Source: Candidatus Bathyarchaeota archaeon | GTDB lineage: Archaea > Thermoproteota > Bathyarchaeia > Bathyarchaeales > Bathycorpusculaceae | NCBI GenBank assembly: GCA_963828195.1 | Contig: CAWHDT010000005.1 | Location: forward strand, 288,001 to 352,000 | Direction: 5' to 3' | Length of the DNA stretch: 64,000 nucleotides | In this document: positions 1 through 9,314 of the stretch, piece by piece | Layout of the letters: each line of letters opens with the position of its first letter | Position numbering within the stretch: position 1 is the first letter of the stretch | Translations under genes and position numbers: made by a program | The notes under the pieces: generated by a model | Databases searched by the model: none | What the model saw: the letters and a program-made list of their open reading frames with translations, nothing else | Told to the model about the DNA's origin: nothing

Positions 1-264
1 GCGCATGTGGTCGAGAAACTCTTTTCTGTAGGCATGAAGAGCCGCCGTGTCGCCGAGGTCAAGCTTTGAAAAGAATGCGTAGTCGTCTGTAGCGGCGTTT
101 TTCCGAGAAAGATACATTCCGTATAATGCTCGGAAGTATCCTCTGTTCCATTCTGTTTTCTGCATTTTTTGTTTAACTCTTTCCAACTCTCGTTCAGCTT
201 CTGTGAATTGCCTACCTACTATGAGTTGAAAGTAACGTGTGACTAAGGCTTGCGGTACGGGCAT
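1..264 (-). CDS. Hypothetical protein (3'-truncated by window edge), directly downstream of radA
   Basis: Manual translation from ATG at 264: MPVPQALVTRYFQLIVGRQFTEAERELERVKQKMQKTEWNRGYFRALYGM...; open to the window edge; starts 2 nt after the radA stop. Confidence 0.75.
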   Translation of the reverse strand, partial: MPVPQALVTRYFQLIVGRQFTEAERELERVKQKMQKTEWNRGYFRALYGMYLSRKNAATDDYAFFSKLDLGDTAALHAYRKEFLDHMR

Positions 265-266
265 GT

Positions 267-1328
267 TTAGCGTCCACGACTTTTACTTGCTTTCTCTGCT
301 TTTTCTTCTTCAGAGATATCTTCTATTCCATTCTCGGTTACTTTAAGTATTTCCTCTCCTTCAGGCAAATACGGGCTTGAAACGAGCCGCGCAATCCTGG
401 TGGGACCATGGGGTGCCCTTCGCAGGTAGATGCGTGTGTGGCTTGTGTGACCCACGATGTTTCCGCCGATCGGATGAATTGCGTCGCCGAAGAATTGGTC
501 GGGTTTAGCCATTACTTGGTTGGTAACCACTGCCACTGCGTTGAATGCTCTGGCTAAAGCGATCAGTTTGTGCATGTGCTTGTTTAGTTTTTGTTGTCTT
601 GAAGCCAACATTTCCCGTCCGAGATATTCACTTCTGAAATGTGCAGTTAACGAGTCAACAATGATTAGTTTGACGTTGTTATCCTTGATTATTTCATCGG
701 CGTTTTCAAGAAGGAACATTTGGTGATCTGAAGTGTATGCCTCAGCGTAAATGATGTTTTTCGCTACTTTTTCAGGGTCTAAGCCTAAAAACTTCGACAT
801 CTGCACTATACGTTCAAGCCTGAAAGTGTTCTCCGTATCCACATATAACGCGGCGCCGTTGAGTCCACCTCGCTCCGGAGGCAACTGAACGTTTACGCAT
901 AACTGATGGCACATCTGGCTTTTTCCACTGCCATATTCACCGTAAAACTCTGTTATAGTTTGGGTTTCTAAGCCGCCGTCAACTATTTTGTCTAAGGCTT
1001 TGCTGCCTGTGCTTAATCGTAAAACGCTTTCGCGCATTTTGAAGAGTTCGTCTGCTCGGACGAAGGCGATGCCGATGGATGAACGAGCCGCCTGTATTAT
1101 TTGGAAAGCCTTTTTTTCGCTTACTCCCACGGGGTCTAGTTCTCGTGCTGTCGCCATGGCTAAAGATTCAACAGTGTGGTAGCCGAGTTCTCGGAGTTTT
1201 TGCGCTGTGGCGGGTCCAACTCCTGGAAGGTCTTCTATGAACTCATATTTTTTCTTGAGTGGTTCTGCTTCTTCTGTCTCTGTGTTTTCTGGTTCTTTTT
1301 GGTTTTCAACGCTTTCATCTTCAGACAT
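267..1328 (-). CDS. radA: DNA repair and recombination protein RadA
   Basis: N-terminal HhH (IEDLPGVGPATAQKL), Walker A GEYGSGKSQ, LIIVDSL, VVTNQV, HPIGGNIVGH; probable ATG at 1328. Confidence 0.97.
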   Translation of the reverse strand: MSEDESVENQKEPENTETEEAEPLKKKYEFIEDLPGVGPATAQKLRELGYHTVESLAMATARELDPVGVSEKKAFQIIQAARSSIGIAFVRADELFKMRESVLRLSTGSKALDKIVDGGLETQTITEFYGEYGSGKSQMCHQLCVNVQLPPERGGLNGAALYVDTENTFRLERIVQMSKFLGLDPEKVAKNIIYAEAYTSDHQMFLLENADEIIKDNNVKLIIVDSLTAHFRSEYLGREMLASRQQKLNKHMHKLIALARAFNAVAVVTNQVMAKPDQFFGDAIHPIGGNIVGHTSHTRIYLRRAPHGPTRIARLVSSPYLPEGEEILKVTENGIEDISEEEKAEKASKSRGR

Positions 1329-1469
1329 TATGTTCACACTTTTATGATGATGTGATGCATGGTGTATTTAAGATAACCTTAGAAAAGGGTTATTTCGTCA
1401 GTGGAGGGGAGAGTGAAAGTGAATGTGAAATTAAAAAAAACGATGCGACAAAAAACTGGGAAAAATGGG

Positions 1470-1751
1470 TTATTCTTTGCAGTGTTTCAGTTCGCCGAGT
1501 TCCTTCATTGTTTTGTTCAGTACAGCTTTGTCCTCGAAAGATTTAATGAGGTTGGCAGGTAAACAAACTGTCACTTTGCCCAGATAAGGCCTCTTGAACC
1601 CCATTTTCTTTGTTGCTTCGTCAGTTAAACCAACATAGAAATTCATAACCTGCCAAGTGTTCATATCTACATCTGCATCTTCAACTTCGCCTAGCAACAC
1701 TGAGTCTGCTGTAAACGCTTTTTTCCAAAATAGTCTAGTAATTTCAACCAT
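1470..1751 (-). CDS. PRC-barrel domain protein
   Basis: KKAFTADSVLLGEVEDADVDMNTWQV pattern typical of archaeal PRC barrels. Confidence 0.7.
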   Translation of the reverse strand: MVEITRLFWKKAFTADSVLLGEVEDADVDMNTWQVMNFYVGLTDEATKKMGFKRPYLGKVTVCLPANLIKSFEDKAVLNKTMKELGELKHCKE

Positions 1752-1862
1752 AGGAAAACCTTGTACTAAATTAACAATTGACTGCTATATTTGTTTGTCG
1801 GCGATAACTCGGCGGCAAAATGCTTTTTACAATCCGAAAACATAGTTACTAACGGTAATTTT

Positions 1863-2246
1863 ATGTCTACTTCTCAGAAAGAAACCAAGAAGCTTACTCC
1901 AGAAGAGGAGCGGGTTATCGTCAAGAAAGGAACTGAAATGCCCTTCACCGGTAAATACTTCGCGTTTTGGGAGAAAGGCACCTACGTCTGCAAACGCTGT
2001 GGAGCAGCCCTTTACCGTTCAGAAAACAAGTTTGAAGCAGACTGCGGGTGGCCAAGCTTCGACGAGGAAATTCCTGGCGCAGTCAAGCGGCTTCCTGACC
2101 CTGATGGGATGCGAACTGAAATTGAATGCGTAAACTGCGGAGCACACCTTGGCCACGTTTTCACAGGCGAACACTTCACGGAAAAAGATACTCGGCACTG
2201 CGTAAACTCAATATCTATGGATTTTGTACCTGACAAAAAAGAATGA
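1863..2246 (+). CDS. msrB: Peptide-methionine (R)-S-oxide reductase
   Basis: GTExPF, CxxC, CGWPSF, HLGHVF, RHCVNS motifs; ATG at 1863. Confidence 0.95.
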   Translation: MSTSQKETKKLTPEEERVIVKKGTEMPFTGKYFAFWEKGTYVCKRCGAALYRSENKFEADCGWPSFDEEIPGAVKRLPDPDGMRTEIECVNCGAHLGHVFTGEHFTEKDTRHCVNSISMDFVPDKKE

Positions 2247-2349
2247 TTGCGCCTTCTTTGAAGGATGCCGCTCCGCTATTCACTTGTTAAGAATGAAGCA
2301 AATAGTAGGGGAGGCTGAGGGCTTTTCGCTTGTGCCAGGCACCTTTTTG

Positions 2350-2610
2350 CTGCTTGATTTTTGACACAATTTTCATTTTTTGATAGAACAACAACACCCG
2401 AAAAACAACTGTTGTTCTTCTATTGAATCCAGATTTAAGGCAGCCATCTAAAAAATAAAATTAAAAGAAGAAGCTGGTGAAAACAATTTTTCTTCTTCTT
2501 CTTTGGTCTGTTTCTTTTTGTAGCTGTTTTTTTGTGCAAATAGCAGGTAGGGCTATAGGTAGGCGGCGTCTAATTAGGGCTTGTTTTAAGGTGATTTTTT
2601 GGTTTAAGGC
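2350..2610 (+). repeat. Dispersed intergenic repeat, copy 1 (two fixed-spacer inverted repeats plus conserved tail)
   Basis: AGAACAACA-N16-TGTTGTTCT, AGAAGAAG-N18-CTTCTTCT, then GTGCAAATAGCAGGTAGGGCTATAGGTAG...AGGGCTTGTTT; homologous to 20648-20880 and 32408-32640. Confidence 0.9.
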
Positions 2611-2638
2611 TTAAAATAGTTTATTTGCCAAAATAGGT

Positions 2639-3460
2639 TCAGCAGAATATTGGCTGTTCCATCGCGTTTAGATACGGCATTAATTCTTCAAGTTTGTTTA
2701 TCGTCAAGTATGATTTGGGAGTTAAGTTTCCGGTGTACTTGTTTTTTCTTCGGTTAATGTGGATGGGTATCATTCCCGTGTTCAATGCGCCTTCAACGTC
2801 TGTTTCCAACGTATCTCCGACAAAAACTGCTTCATAAGCCGGCACATCAAGCGCGTCGAGGGCTATTTTGAATATTTTTGGATTAGGTTTTCTTATGTTT
2901 ACGTCGCCGCTGACTATAATAAAGTCAAACAGGTTTTTCAGATTATTAGTTTTCAGAAGATCCCATGCGCACTCCGAGAAGCTCAGGTTAGATATAAGCC
3001 CAGTTTTGTATTTTGCCTGCAAAAAATCAAGCACTCTTACAGCTTGAGGATCCACCTGTATATAAAGAGAAAATGCCCTGCAAAAATCGCGAACGCCCTC
3101 ATCAATTGCCTTGTCATCTGGAGAAACCGTGTAACCAATATTTGAAAGGGTTTTTGAAACATATATTTTAAAATGGGGTTCCCTTAGGTTAGTGGATGTA
3201 GCTGCTTCAATTTGGGCAACAACTTTTGCATAGCTGCTTTCAAACTCTGGAAATGCACAGATAAACCCGTTTTTAGAAAGCGAACTGTGAAGCTTAAGTA
3301 AGCTTTTCGTGAAGCATTCGTGGCTGTCGCCTATGAGGATCAATGTGTCAAATAGGTCAAACAAAACGGCTTTGACGTTTTCCAGCGGGAGTGCAAAAGG
3401 GAACTTGCCGTTTTGATAGCCATGCATATTGTAACTTGATTGTTCGGCTAAGGTTTGCAT
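2639..3460 (-). CDS. HAD-superfamily hydrolase
   Basis: FDLFDTL motif I, ISN, KP, VFVGDTLETDVEGA; the true start may be downstream of the ORF start. Confidence 0.9.
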   Translation of the reverse strand: MQTLAEQSSYNMHGYQNGKFPFALPLENVKAVLFDLFDTLILIGDSHECFTKSLLKLHSSLSKNGFICAFPEFESSYAKVVAQIEAATSTNLREPHFKIYVSKTLSNIGYTVSPDDKAIDEGVRDFCRAFSLYIQVDPQAVRVLDFLQAKYKTGLISNLSFSECAWDLLKTNNLKNLFDFIIVSGDVNIRKPNPKIFKIALDALDVPAYEAVFVGDTLETDVEGALNTGMIPIHINRRKNKYTGNLTPKSYLTINKLEELMPYLNAMEQPIFC

Positions 3461-3562
3461 GAGGCTTGAAAAGCAAAGGCGTTGATATAGAGCTTTATTA
3501 CAAAATATATAGTGACCTAGGAGTGACCCAATAAACTATTTATAAAAAGTCAAGAGTTAAAA

Positions 3563-4189
3563 TTACCTGAAATTTGTTCCCCACTGATTCTTGAAACAGT
3601 AATCGCTAAGTGGCTTTTTATTGGGCACAGGCGGTTCCTCCGCTGGATAACCCATCGCAATCAGCGCCTCAGGCTCAACCTCATCTGGAATTTTCAGCAC
3701 TTTCCTCACAGTTTCTTTGCAAAAAGCAGGCGCACAATACCAACATGCACCCAACCCTTTTGCATGCACCGCCAACAACAGGTTTTGCATGGCTGCGCCT
3801 AAACTCTGCATCGCCAAATCCCGCTCAACACTCAGCCGCTCCACGTCAGGTTGCCTTGCCATCCCATCCATTGTGGTGCAAGCAAGAATGAGCACGGGTG
3901 CAGTTGCAAATCTTTCAACCCTTTCCCGCTGGGCTTCTACATCGACTTTTAAACCGTCTCGCGCCATGTCGGTAGCCCAAGCTTCAGCCATAGCCTCAGC
4001 CAGTTCCCGCTTAACCGCTGAGTCATCTAAAACTACAAATCGCCATGGTTGAGCGTTATGCGCAGAGGGCGCCCAGCCAGCAGCAACTAAAACCTTCTCA
4101 ATAATCTCTGGGGGTACAGGACGAGCTAAATATTTTCTGATGCTTCGTCGCTGTCCAATAACTTCAAACACATCTGTCATGAGAATCAT
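3563..4189 (-). CDS. Nitroreductase family protein (FbiB C-terminal-like)
   Basis: RRSIRKY, APSAHNAQPWRF, QNLLLAVHAKGLGACW, MGYP. Confidence 0.9.
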   Translation of the reverse strand: MILMTDVFEVIGQRRSIRKYLARPVPPEIIEKVLVAAGWAPSAHNAQPWRFVVLDDSAVKRELAEAMAEAWATDMARDGLKVDVEAQRERVERFATAPVLILACTTMDGMARQPDVERLSVERDLAMQSLGAAMQNLLLAVHAKGLGACWYCAPAFCKETVRKVLKIPDEVEPEALIAMGYPAEEPPVPNKKPLSDYCFKNQWGTNFR

Positions 4190-4213
4190 TATGTTTCTTT
4201 TTGCTTCTTAAGC

Positions 4214-5242
4214 TTAAACCCTGTTTGGCTCCAGAATGACTTTGAGTGATTGTCCCGCTTCAGCCATCAAGCGGAAACCTTCCTGCGCCTCACTCAGTGG
4301 AAGTCGATGCGTAATCATTTCTTTAACATTGAGTTGTTTTGTCGCTAGAATCCGCAGGGAATCTTCCAAGTCGTTTGGTGCGGCGCCGTAGCTTGTTTGC
4401 ATGGTTATTTCGTTTCTCCAGAACTGGTTAATTGGCACTGGGAGCTTCACGGTTGGGTCGGGTACGGCGAAGAAAAGGATAGTTCCCCCGTTGTCCACGC
4501 AGTCCAATGCTGACAGCGACGCGGATGTGGCTCCGGTGCAGACGACAACTTGGTCAGCTAATCTTCCCTCGTTGACCTCCCTGAGCTTAGTTGCCAGGTT
4601 GGCTTTTGCATCCAGTGCGTCGGTTGCGCCGAATTTTTTTGCAAGCTCCAGCCTGTACGGGTTAATGTCGGCAACAATGATTTTCTGTAAGCCTTTGAAT
4701 TTGGCAAGTTGCGCATGCAGGATTCCAGCTATGCCGCTCCCGATGATCAGAAGCGTGTCGTCTTTTTGCAGGTTGGCTAAGCGTTGACCCCGCGAGACAC
4801 ATGCCAGGGGCTCAATGAATGTGCCTTCTTCATAGGACATGTCGTCTGGCAGCTTGTAGATGCCGAAGTCAATGTTTATTTTTGGAACGCGGATGTACTG
4901 CGAGAAGCCGCCTGGATAATAATTTGTCGTGTGCAACGTGTGGCAGGCAGTGTGGAAGCCTCGTTTGCAGTAGCGGCAGTTGTTGCAGGGTACGTGGTGG
5001 CTGACGAAAACACGGTCGCCGACTTTGAGGCTAGTAACTTTGCCGCCGACTTTATCGATGACGCCCGTGGCCTCGTGACCCAGCACAATTGGAGCTTTGG
5101 GAACACGGTACCATTCTATAACGTCGCTGCCGCATATCCCGCTTGCCATAACCTTCAGCAACGCCTCGTCCTCGCCGATTTTGGGAATCGGCGTTTCTTG
5201 GATGCGGACGTCATGATTGTTGTAGTAGACAGCGGTTAGCAA
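4214..5242 (-). CDS. Zinc-dependent alcohol/polyol dehydrogenase (MDR family)
   Basis: GICGSD, GHE, CxxCxxC(7)C structural Zn site, GSGIAG. Confidence 0.92.
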   Translation of the reverse strand: MLTAVYYNNHDVRIQETPIPKIGEDEALLKVMASGICGSDVIEWYRVPKAPIVLGHEATGVIDKVGGKVTSLKVGDRVFVSHHVPCNNCRYCKRGFHTACHTLHTTNYYPGGFSQYIRVPKINIDFGIYKLPDDMSYEEGTFIEPLACVSRGQRLANLQKDDTLLIIGSGIAGILHAQLAKFKGLQKIIVADINPYRLELAKKFGATDALDAKANLATKLREVNEGRLADQVVVCTGATSASLSALDCVDNGGTILFFAVPDPTVKLPVPINQFWRNEITMQTSYGAAPNDLEDSLRILATKQLNVKEMITHRLPLSEAQEGFRLMAEAGQSLKVILEPNRV

Positions 5243-5267
5243 ATGGTTTTCACCAAAAAAAATTTGG

Positions 5268-6071
5268 TTAAGCTTTGCCAGCTATAACTTGATTGTAGAG
5301 GTCGTCGGCTTCTTTGGCGGTGTAGCCTTCGTGGATTATGGCGCGGATGGCTTTGATGGACGCAACGGGGTTCTCGGTTTGCCAAATGTTTCGTCCCAAA
5401 TTGACGCCTATCGCTCCTGCCTGTAACCCGTCATAAACGAAGTCGAAAACTTGCCTTTGAGTTTCCGTTTTTGGACCGCCAGCTATGACAACCGGTACTG
5501 GGCATCCTTCAATGACCTTGCGGAAGTTCTCGCAATAGTAAGTTTTGACTACCCGTGCCCCTATTTCAGCGGAAATCCTCGCTGCAAGCGCCAAGTATCT
5601 TGCTTCGCGTTTTTCAAGTTCTTTGCCGACTGCCGAAACCGCCATAACTGGGATGCCGTAGTCTTCACATTCATCAACGAGTTTGGCGAGGTTGCTTAGG
5701 CTTTTGTTTTCATATTTGCTTCCGACAAACACCGACATAGAAACTGCGGAAGCGTTTAGTCTGAGGATTTCCTGAATCGATGTAACGACGCTTTCGTTGG
5801 CTAAGTCTTCCCCAACAACGGATACAGCGCCTGAAACCCGCATGATAATTGGTTTTTCGATGGCGGGGTTAACGCAGTTACGCAGCACTCCGCGGGTGCA
5901 CATGATTGCGTCGGCGTACTGGTAAATCGGTTTAATGGTTTCGCCGGGCTTCTCAAGGCAATGGGTTGGGCCTTGGAAGTAGCCGTGGTCAATGGGCAAA
6001 AAGAGGGCTTTGCCGTCTCTCTGGATTAGCCTGCTTAACCTGTTTTTCATACCCCACTCCATAATCATCAC
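5268..6071 (-). CDS. lsrF: Class I aldolase family, LsrF-like thiolase
   Basis: MEWGMKNRLSR N-terminus, DHGYFQGPT, VKTYY, VIAGG, GRNIWQ. Confidence 0.8.
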   Translation of the reverse strand: MMIMEWGMKNRLSRLIQRDGKALFLPIDHGYFQGPTHCLEKPGETIKPIYQYADAIMCTRGVLRNCVNPAIEKPIIMRVSGAVSVVGEDLANESVVTSIQEILRLNASAVSMSVFVGSKYENKSLSNLAKLVDECEDYGIPVMAVSAVGKELEKREARYLALAARISAEIGARVVKTYYCENFRKVIEGCPVPVVIAGGPKTETQRQVFDFVYDGLQAGAIGVNLGRNIWQTENPVASIKAIRAIIHEGYTAKEADDLYNQVIAGKA

Positions 6072-6163
6072 TTCGTGGAACCTTTTGTTTTAAGAATTAA
6101 ATAACCTTTCCTACCCTGCCAAGAAAAAACTTTGAATTTGAGATTTTTGGGTTTTCTATTTTC

Positions 6164-6868
6164 TTAAAGTTCTATAGTTTGGGCAGTGTAAGGCTTAGGT
6201 ATGATTACTTTTGTCTGCGGCATCTTGTCCTTTAATATGTTTTCGAATTCCATGTGCTGCCCTTTGGAGCCGTGTATGGCAACAACAACTTTTGGTTTTA
6301 GGTCCGCTGCCATTTTAGAGGCGTTTTCGGGGGAACACGTTGGAGACCAGCGTCCTGTAGGCAGAAAAGCCAGCTGCGACTCGTAATCTTTGAGGGGCAC
6401 GTATCCTGAGTCGCCCGCGTGAAACACGAGGAGGTTGCCCATTTTTATTTGGAAGAGCATTAAGGGACCACGGTGGATCCTTTGAACCGCCTTTACCGTA
6501 AGGTCTCCGTAAGCGTACGTTTGACCAGACACCGCACTTTTTAACTTCTCCTCGGGGATGCTTCCTTTCAATTTGTCGGCGACTTTTGCCTCAGCCAATA
6601 TGGCTGCTCCAGTTTTCTTGAACAGCTTCAACGTCTTTCCACCATTGAAATGATCCATATGGTTGTGCGTGAAGAGCAGGAGGTTGACTTCTTTGAGTGC
6701 CGCCGTCTCGTCATCTTTCAAAAAGCCAGCGGGGTCAATCAGAACGGCTTGTTTAGCTGTCCTTGCGAGGATTCCTGAACCCCCAAAATACATGAAGGCA
6801 ATCTGGTTCTCAGAGAGACCTGAAGCAAAAAAATCGCCAATTTCTTTAGCCTTACTTTGTCTAAACAT
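6164..6868 (-). CDS. MBL-fold metallo-hydrolase (UlaG-like)
   Basis: THNHMDH, FHAGDS, AIHG. Confidence 0.88.
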   Translation of the reverse strand: MFRQSKAKEIGDFFASGLSENQIAFMYFGGSGILARTAKQAVLIDPAGFLKDDETAALKEVNLLLFTHNHMDHFNGGKTLKLFKKTGAAILAEAKVADKLKGSIPEEKLKSAVSGQTYAYGDLTVKAVQRIHRGPLMLFQIKMGNLLVFHAGDSGYVPLKDYESQLAFLPTGRWSPTCSPENASKMAADLKPKVVVAIHGSKGQHMEFENILKDKMPQTKVIIPKPYTAQTIEL

Positions 6869-7032
6869 AAATGACCGCTATTCCTTTGTGTGGCGACCCA
6901 ATATAAAAAATCTTTTGCAGACTTTTTCAAGTTTCTCTTCAATCCAGAATCAATCGACATAAATATAAAATCTATCAAAAATAAGTTGTTCCATTTGAGT
7001 AACAACAAAGCTATTTTAATAAAAAATTACTC

Positions 7033-7374
7033 TTGGATCTTGTTGTTGTGGAGGTGAAATTTTTGATTAAAACGGACAGCGCCATGGATCCTATGAAGGT
7101 CGCCTCTAACGTTTACAAGTTTCTTGATGAAAACGATCGGGTTAGGGTTCTCGAAGTCATTTTTAAGCCTGGGGATTCTGCGAAAATGCATCATCATCCC
7201 GAACACGTAGTTTATGTGCTGAAGGGAGGTCTTCTAAAGCTTACTTCTGAAGGGAAAACTCAGGAATTAGACTTAAAGCAGGGATCAGTTATTTTCCTCA
7301 AGGAGCAAAACCACGAAGCAACTAACTCTGGCAAATCAGACATTGACCTTCTAGTCATGGAGCTGAAGAAGTAG
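7033..7374 (+). CDS. Cupin domain protein
   Basis: ENDRVRVLEV, MHHHPEH, NHEATN; real start probably 7072 or 7084. Confidence 0.85.
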   Translation: MDLVVVEVKFLIKTDSAMDPMKVASNVYKFLDENDRVRVLEVIFKPGDSAKMHHHPEHVVYVLKGGLLKLTSEGKTQELDLKQGSVIFLKEQNHEATNSGKSDIDLLVMELKK

Positions 7375-7439
7375 TTTGTAAATAAGAGGGCAATCTTTTT
7401 TTCCCAAGGGTGCTCGACATTTTCCTGAAGACTTTTCTT

Positions 7440-8090
7440 TTATGATCCGCTCAATATGCCCGCAAGTAAGCGGCGCTCTGCTTTTCTTCGGTGTTCTATC
7501 AAGGTGGAGCTGCGCAAATCGAGTTTTTCTGCAAGCTCTTTAGAATCGATTCTTCTTGGCATATCGTAGTACCCGTGCTCAAAAGCTGAAACCAAAACAG
7601 TCCGCTGCTTAGCCGTCAAATAATCCAGCGGGGAATGCGGTGAAAACTTTGCGTCCGTAAGCGAAACCACTTTAAAAAGAACTCCGAGTTTTTCAATAAA
7701 ATTAAGGAACGCTTTCAATTGCCTCGTTTCTCCGAGAACGCAGACCTTAACCTTTCCGTCTCTGATCTCGCATGGACCTGAAAGGTAGATTCCCATGCTC
7801 AAAAAATCTTGAGAACCAGAGGGTAATTTCTCTTTGGTAAAACAAATGTAGGTTCCTTTCTTTTCTTCTTCTAAGATAACTACTTTGAGCTTGTTGCCAA
7901 CGAACACGTCCTCTATCCGTGCGGATGGATTTGTTAATTCAATTCTGCATACGGCATCAAAATGCTCTAAGTCGAACCTGAGAACATGCAGTAGCTCGAA
8001 GAGTTTTATTTTTTCAATTGACATGTCTGCCGATTCGCCATCAATCTTGCTGAATTCCTCGATGGAACCTTCCAATATGAGTCTGCGCAT
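7440..8090 (-). CDS. HTH-10 (bacterio-opsin activator-like) transcriptional regulator
   Basis: C-terminal LTAKQ...GYYDMPRRIDSKELAEKL...STLIEHRRKAERRL. Confidence 0.9.
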   Translation of the reverse strand: MRRLILEGSIEEFSKIDGESADMSIEKIKLFELLHVLRFDLEHFDAVCRIELTNPSARIEDVFVGNKLKVVILEEEKKGTYICFTKEKLPSGSQDFLSMGIYLSGPCEIRDGKVKVCVLGETRQLKAFLNFIEKLGVLFKVVSLTDAKFSPHSPLDYLTAKQRTVLVSAFEHGYYDMPRRIDSKELAEKLDLRSSTLIEHRRKAERRLLAGILSGS

Positions 8091-8283
8091 TGAAGAGAAC
8101 GTGCCCGTTCGTCAATAATAACTTTGTCAAAAGAGCCTAGCTTAAGCGGTAGAACCCTAATCTGACACTGTATACAACATTTAATCAAATAATTCCTGGA
8201 GTCAAGAACATGAATCTTCTCTTATTTCAAACGAACAATTCTGTACGGTTAAACTCTTGCGTGGGGTGCGAAAGGCTTTTATA

Positions 8284-8316
8284 CAAAGTTAGGCTAACCT
8301 AATTAGGCTGACCTAA
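8284..8316. promoter_or_regulatory. Tandem DtxR/IdeR-like operator between TATA-like box and start codon
   Basis: TTAGGCTAACCTAA (8289-8302) followed directly by TTAGGCTGACCTAA (8303-8316); 8284-8302 matches TTAGGTTAGGCTAACCTAA at 16/19. Confidence 0.65.
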
Positions 8317-8317
8317 A

Positions 8318-9313
8318 ATGGAGTACATCATAACTGTAAAAGACCTCGTCGAAGTGTACGCCGACGGAACAAAGGCAGTCGACGGTATTTCTTTCAACGT
8401 CAAAGAAGGCGAGTTCTTCGGATTTCTAGGCCCCAACGGCGCAGGAAAGAGCACCACAATCAAAGTCCTCACCACGCTCCTCAGAAAGACTTCAGGATAC
8501 GTCCACGTGGCCGGCTATGATTTAGATAAATCGCCCAAGGAAATCCGAAAAGTCATAGGGGCGTTAAGCCAAGAAACAAGTCTGGATGTGGATCTCACGG
8601 GGAGGGAGAACCTGCATCTTCAGGGTCGTTTACAGCAGCTTCATGGCTCCGTTCTCGAAGATCAGGTGGATGAGCTGTTGAAGCTAATGCAGCTTGAGGA
8701 TGTGGCGAAGAAACCTGCCGGTCGCTACTCGGGCGGGATGCGGAAGAGGTTGGATTTGGCTTGTGCTCTCATTCATAAGCCGAAGTTGTTATTCTTAGAT
8801 GAACCGACCACTGGACTTGACGCCCAGTCCCGCGCGGCTATCTGGGATTATCTGGAGAAACTGAATAAAGAGGAGGGCATAACGATTTTCTTGACTACGC
8901 AGTATTTGGAGGAAGCTGACCGGCTCTGTTAACAGCTCTCCATAATAGATCACGGTAAGCTCATCGCGGGTGGTTCTCCCTCGGAGCTTAAAGCGGATTT
9001 GGGCGGCGATATGATAATGCTGACGCTTAAAGACGGAACGGATGCAGCTTTGAGATCAAAAACAAAGGAGATTCTCAAAACGATCCCAGAAGTTACCAAT
9101 GTCATGGATTCGGATGGGGGTGTTGTTGCCTACGCAAAGAACGCTGGTGAGATAATCGCTGACGTTGTGACATCGCTTGACCGAAATAACATCCGCCCGT
9201 CATTTCTCAGCATTTCCTCTCCGACATTAGACGATGTCTTTCTGCGTCAGACGGGCAGGAGAATTAGGTCAGAGGAGCTTGGCAGGAAGGAAACCGAGCC
9301 CTTCCTGATGTGA
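8318..9313 (+). pseudogene. DrrA-like ABC transporter ATP-binding protein interrupted by one in-frame TAA
   Basis: GPNGAGKST, YSGGM, LDEPT; reads DRLC*QLSIIDHGK in frame across TAA 8930-8932 into the C-terminal PTLDDVF domain. Confidence 0.85.
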
Positions 9314-9314
9314 G

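Noticed and set aside
2385-2500. Dispersed repeat as a CRISPR array
   Set aside because: Copies are 12-18 kb apart, there is no repeat-spacer periodicity, and no cas genes are present
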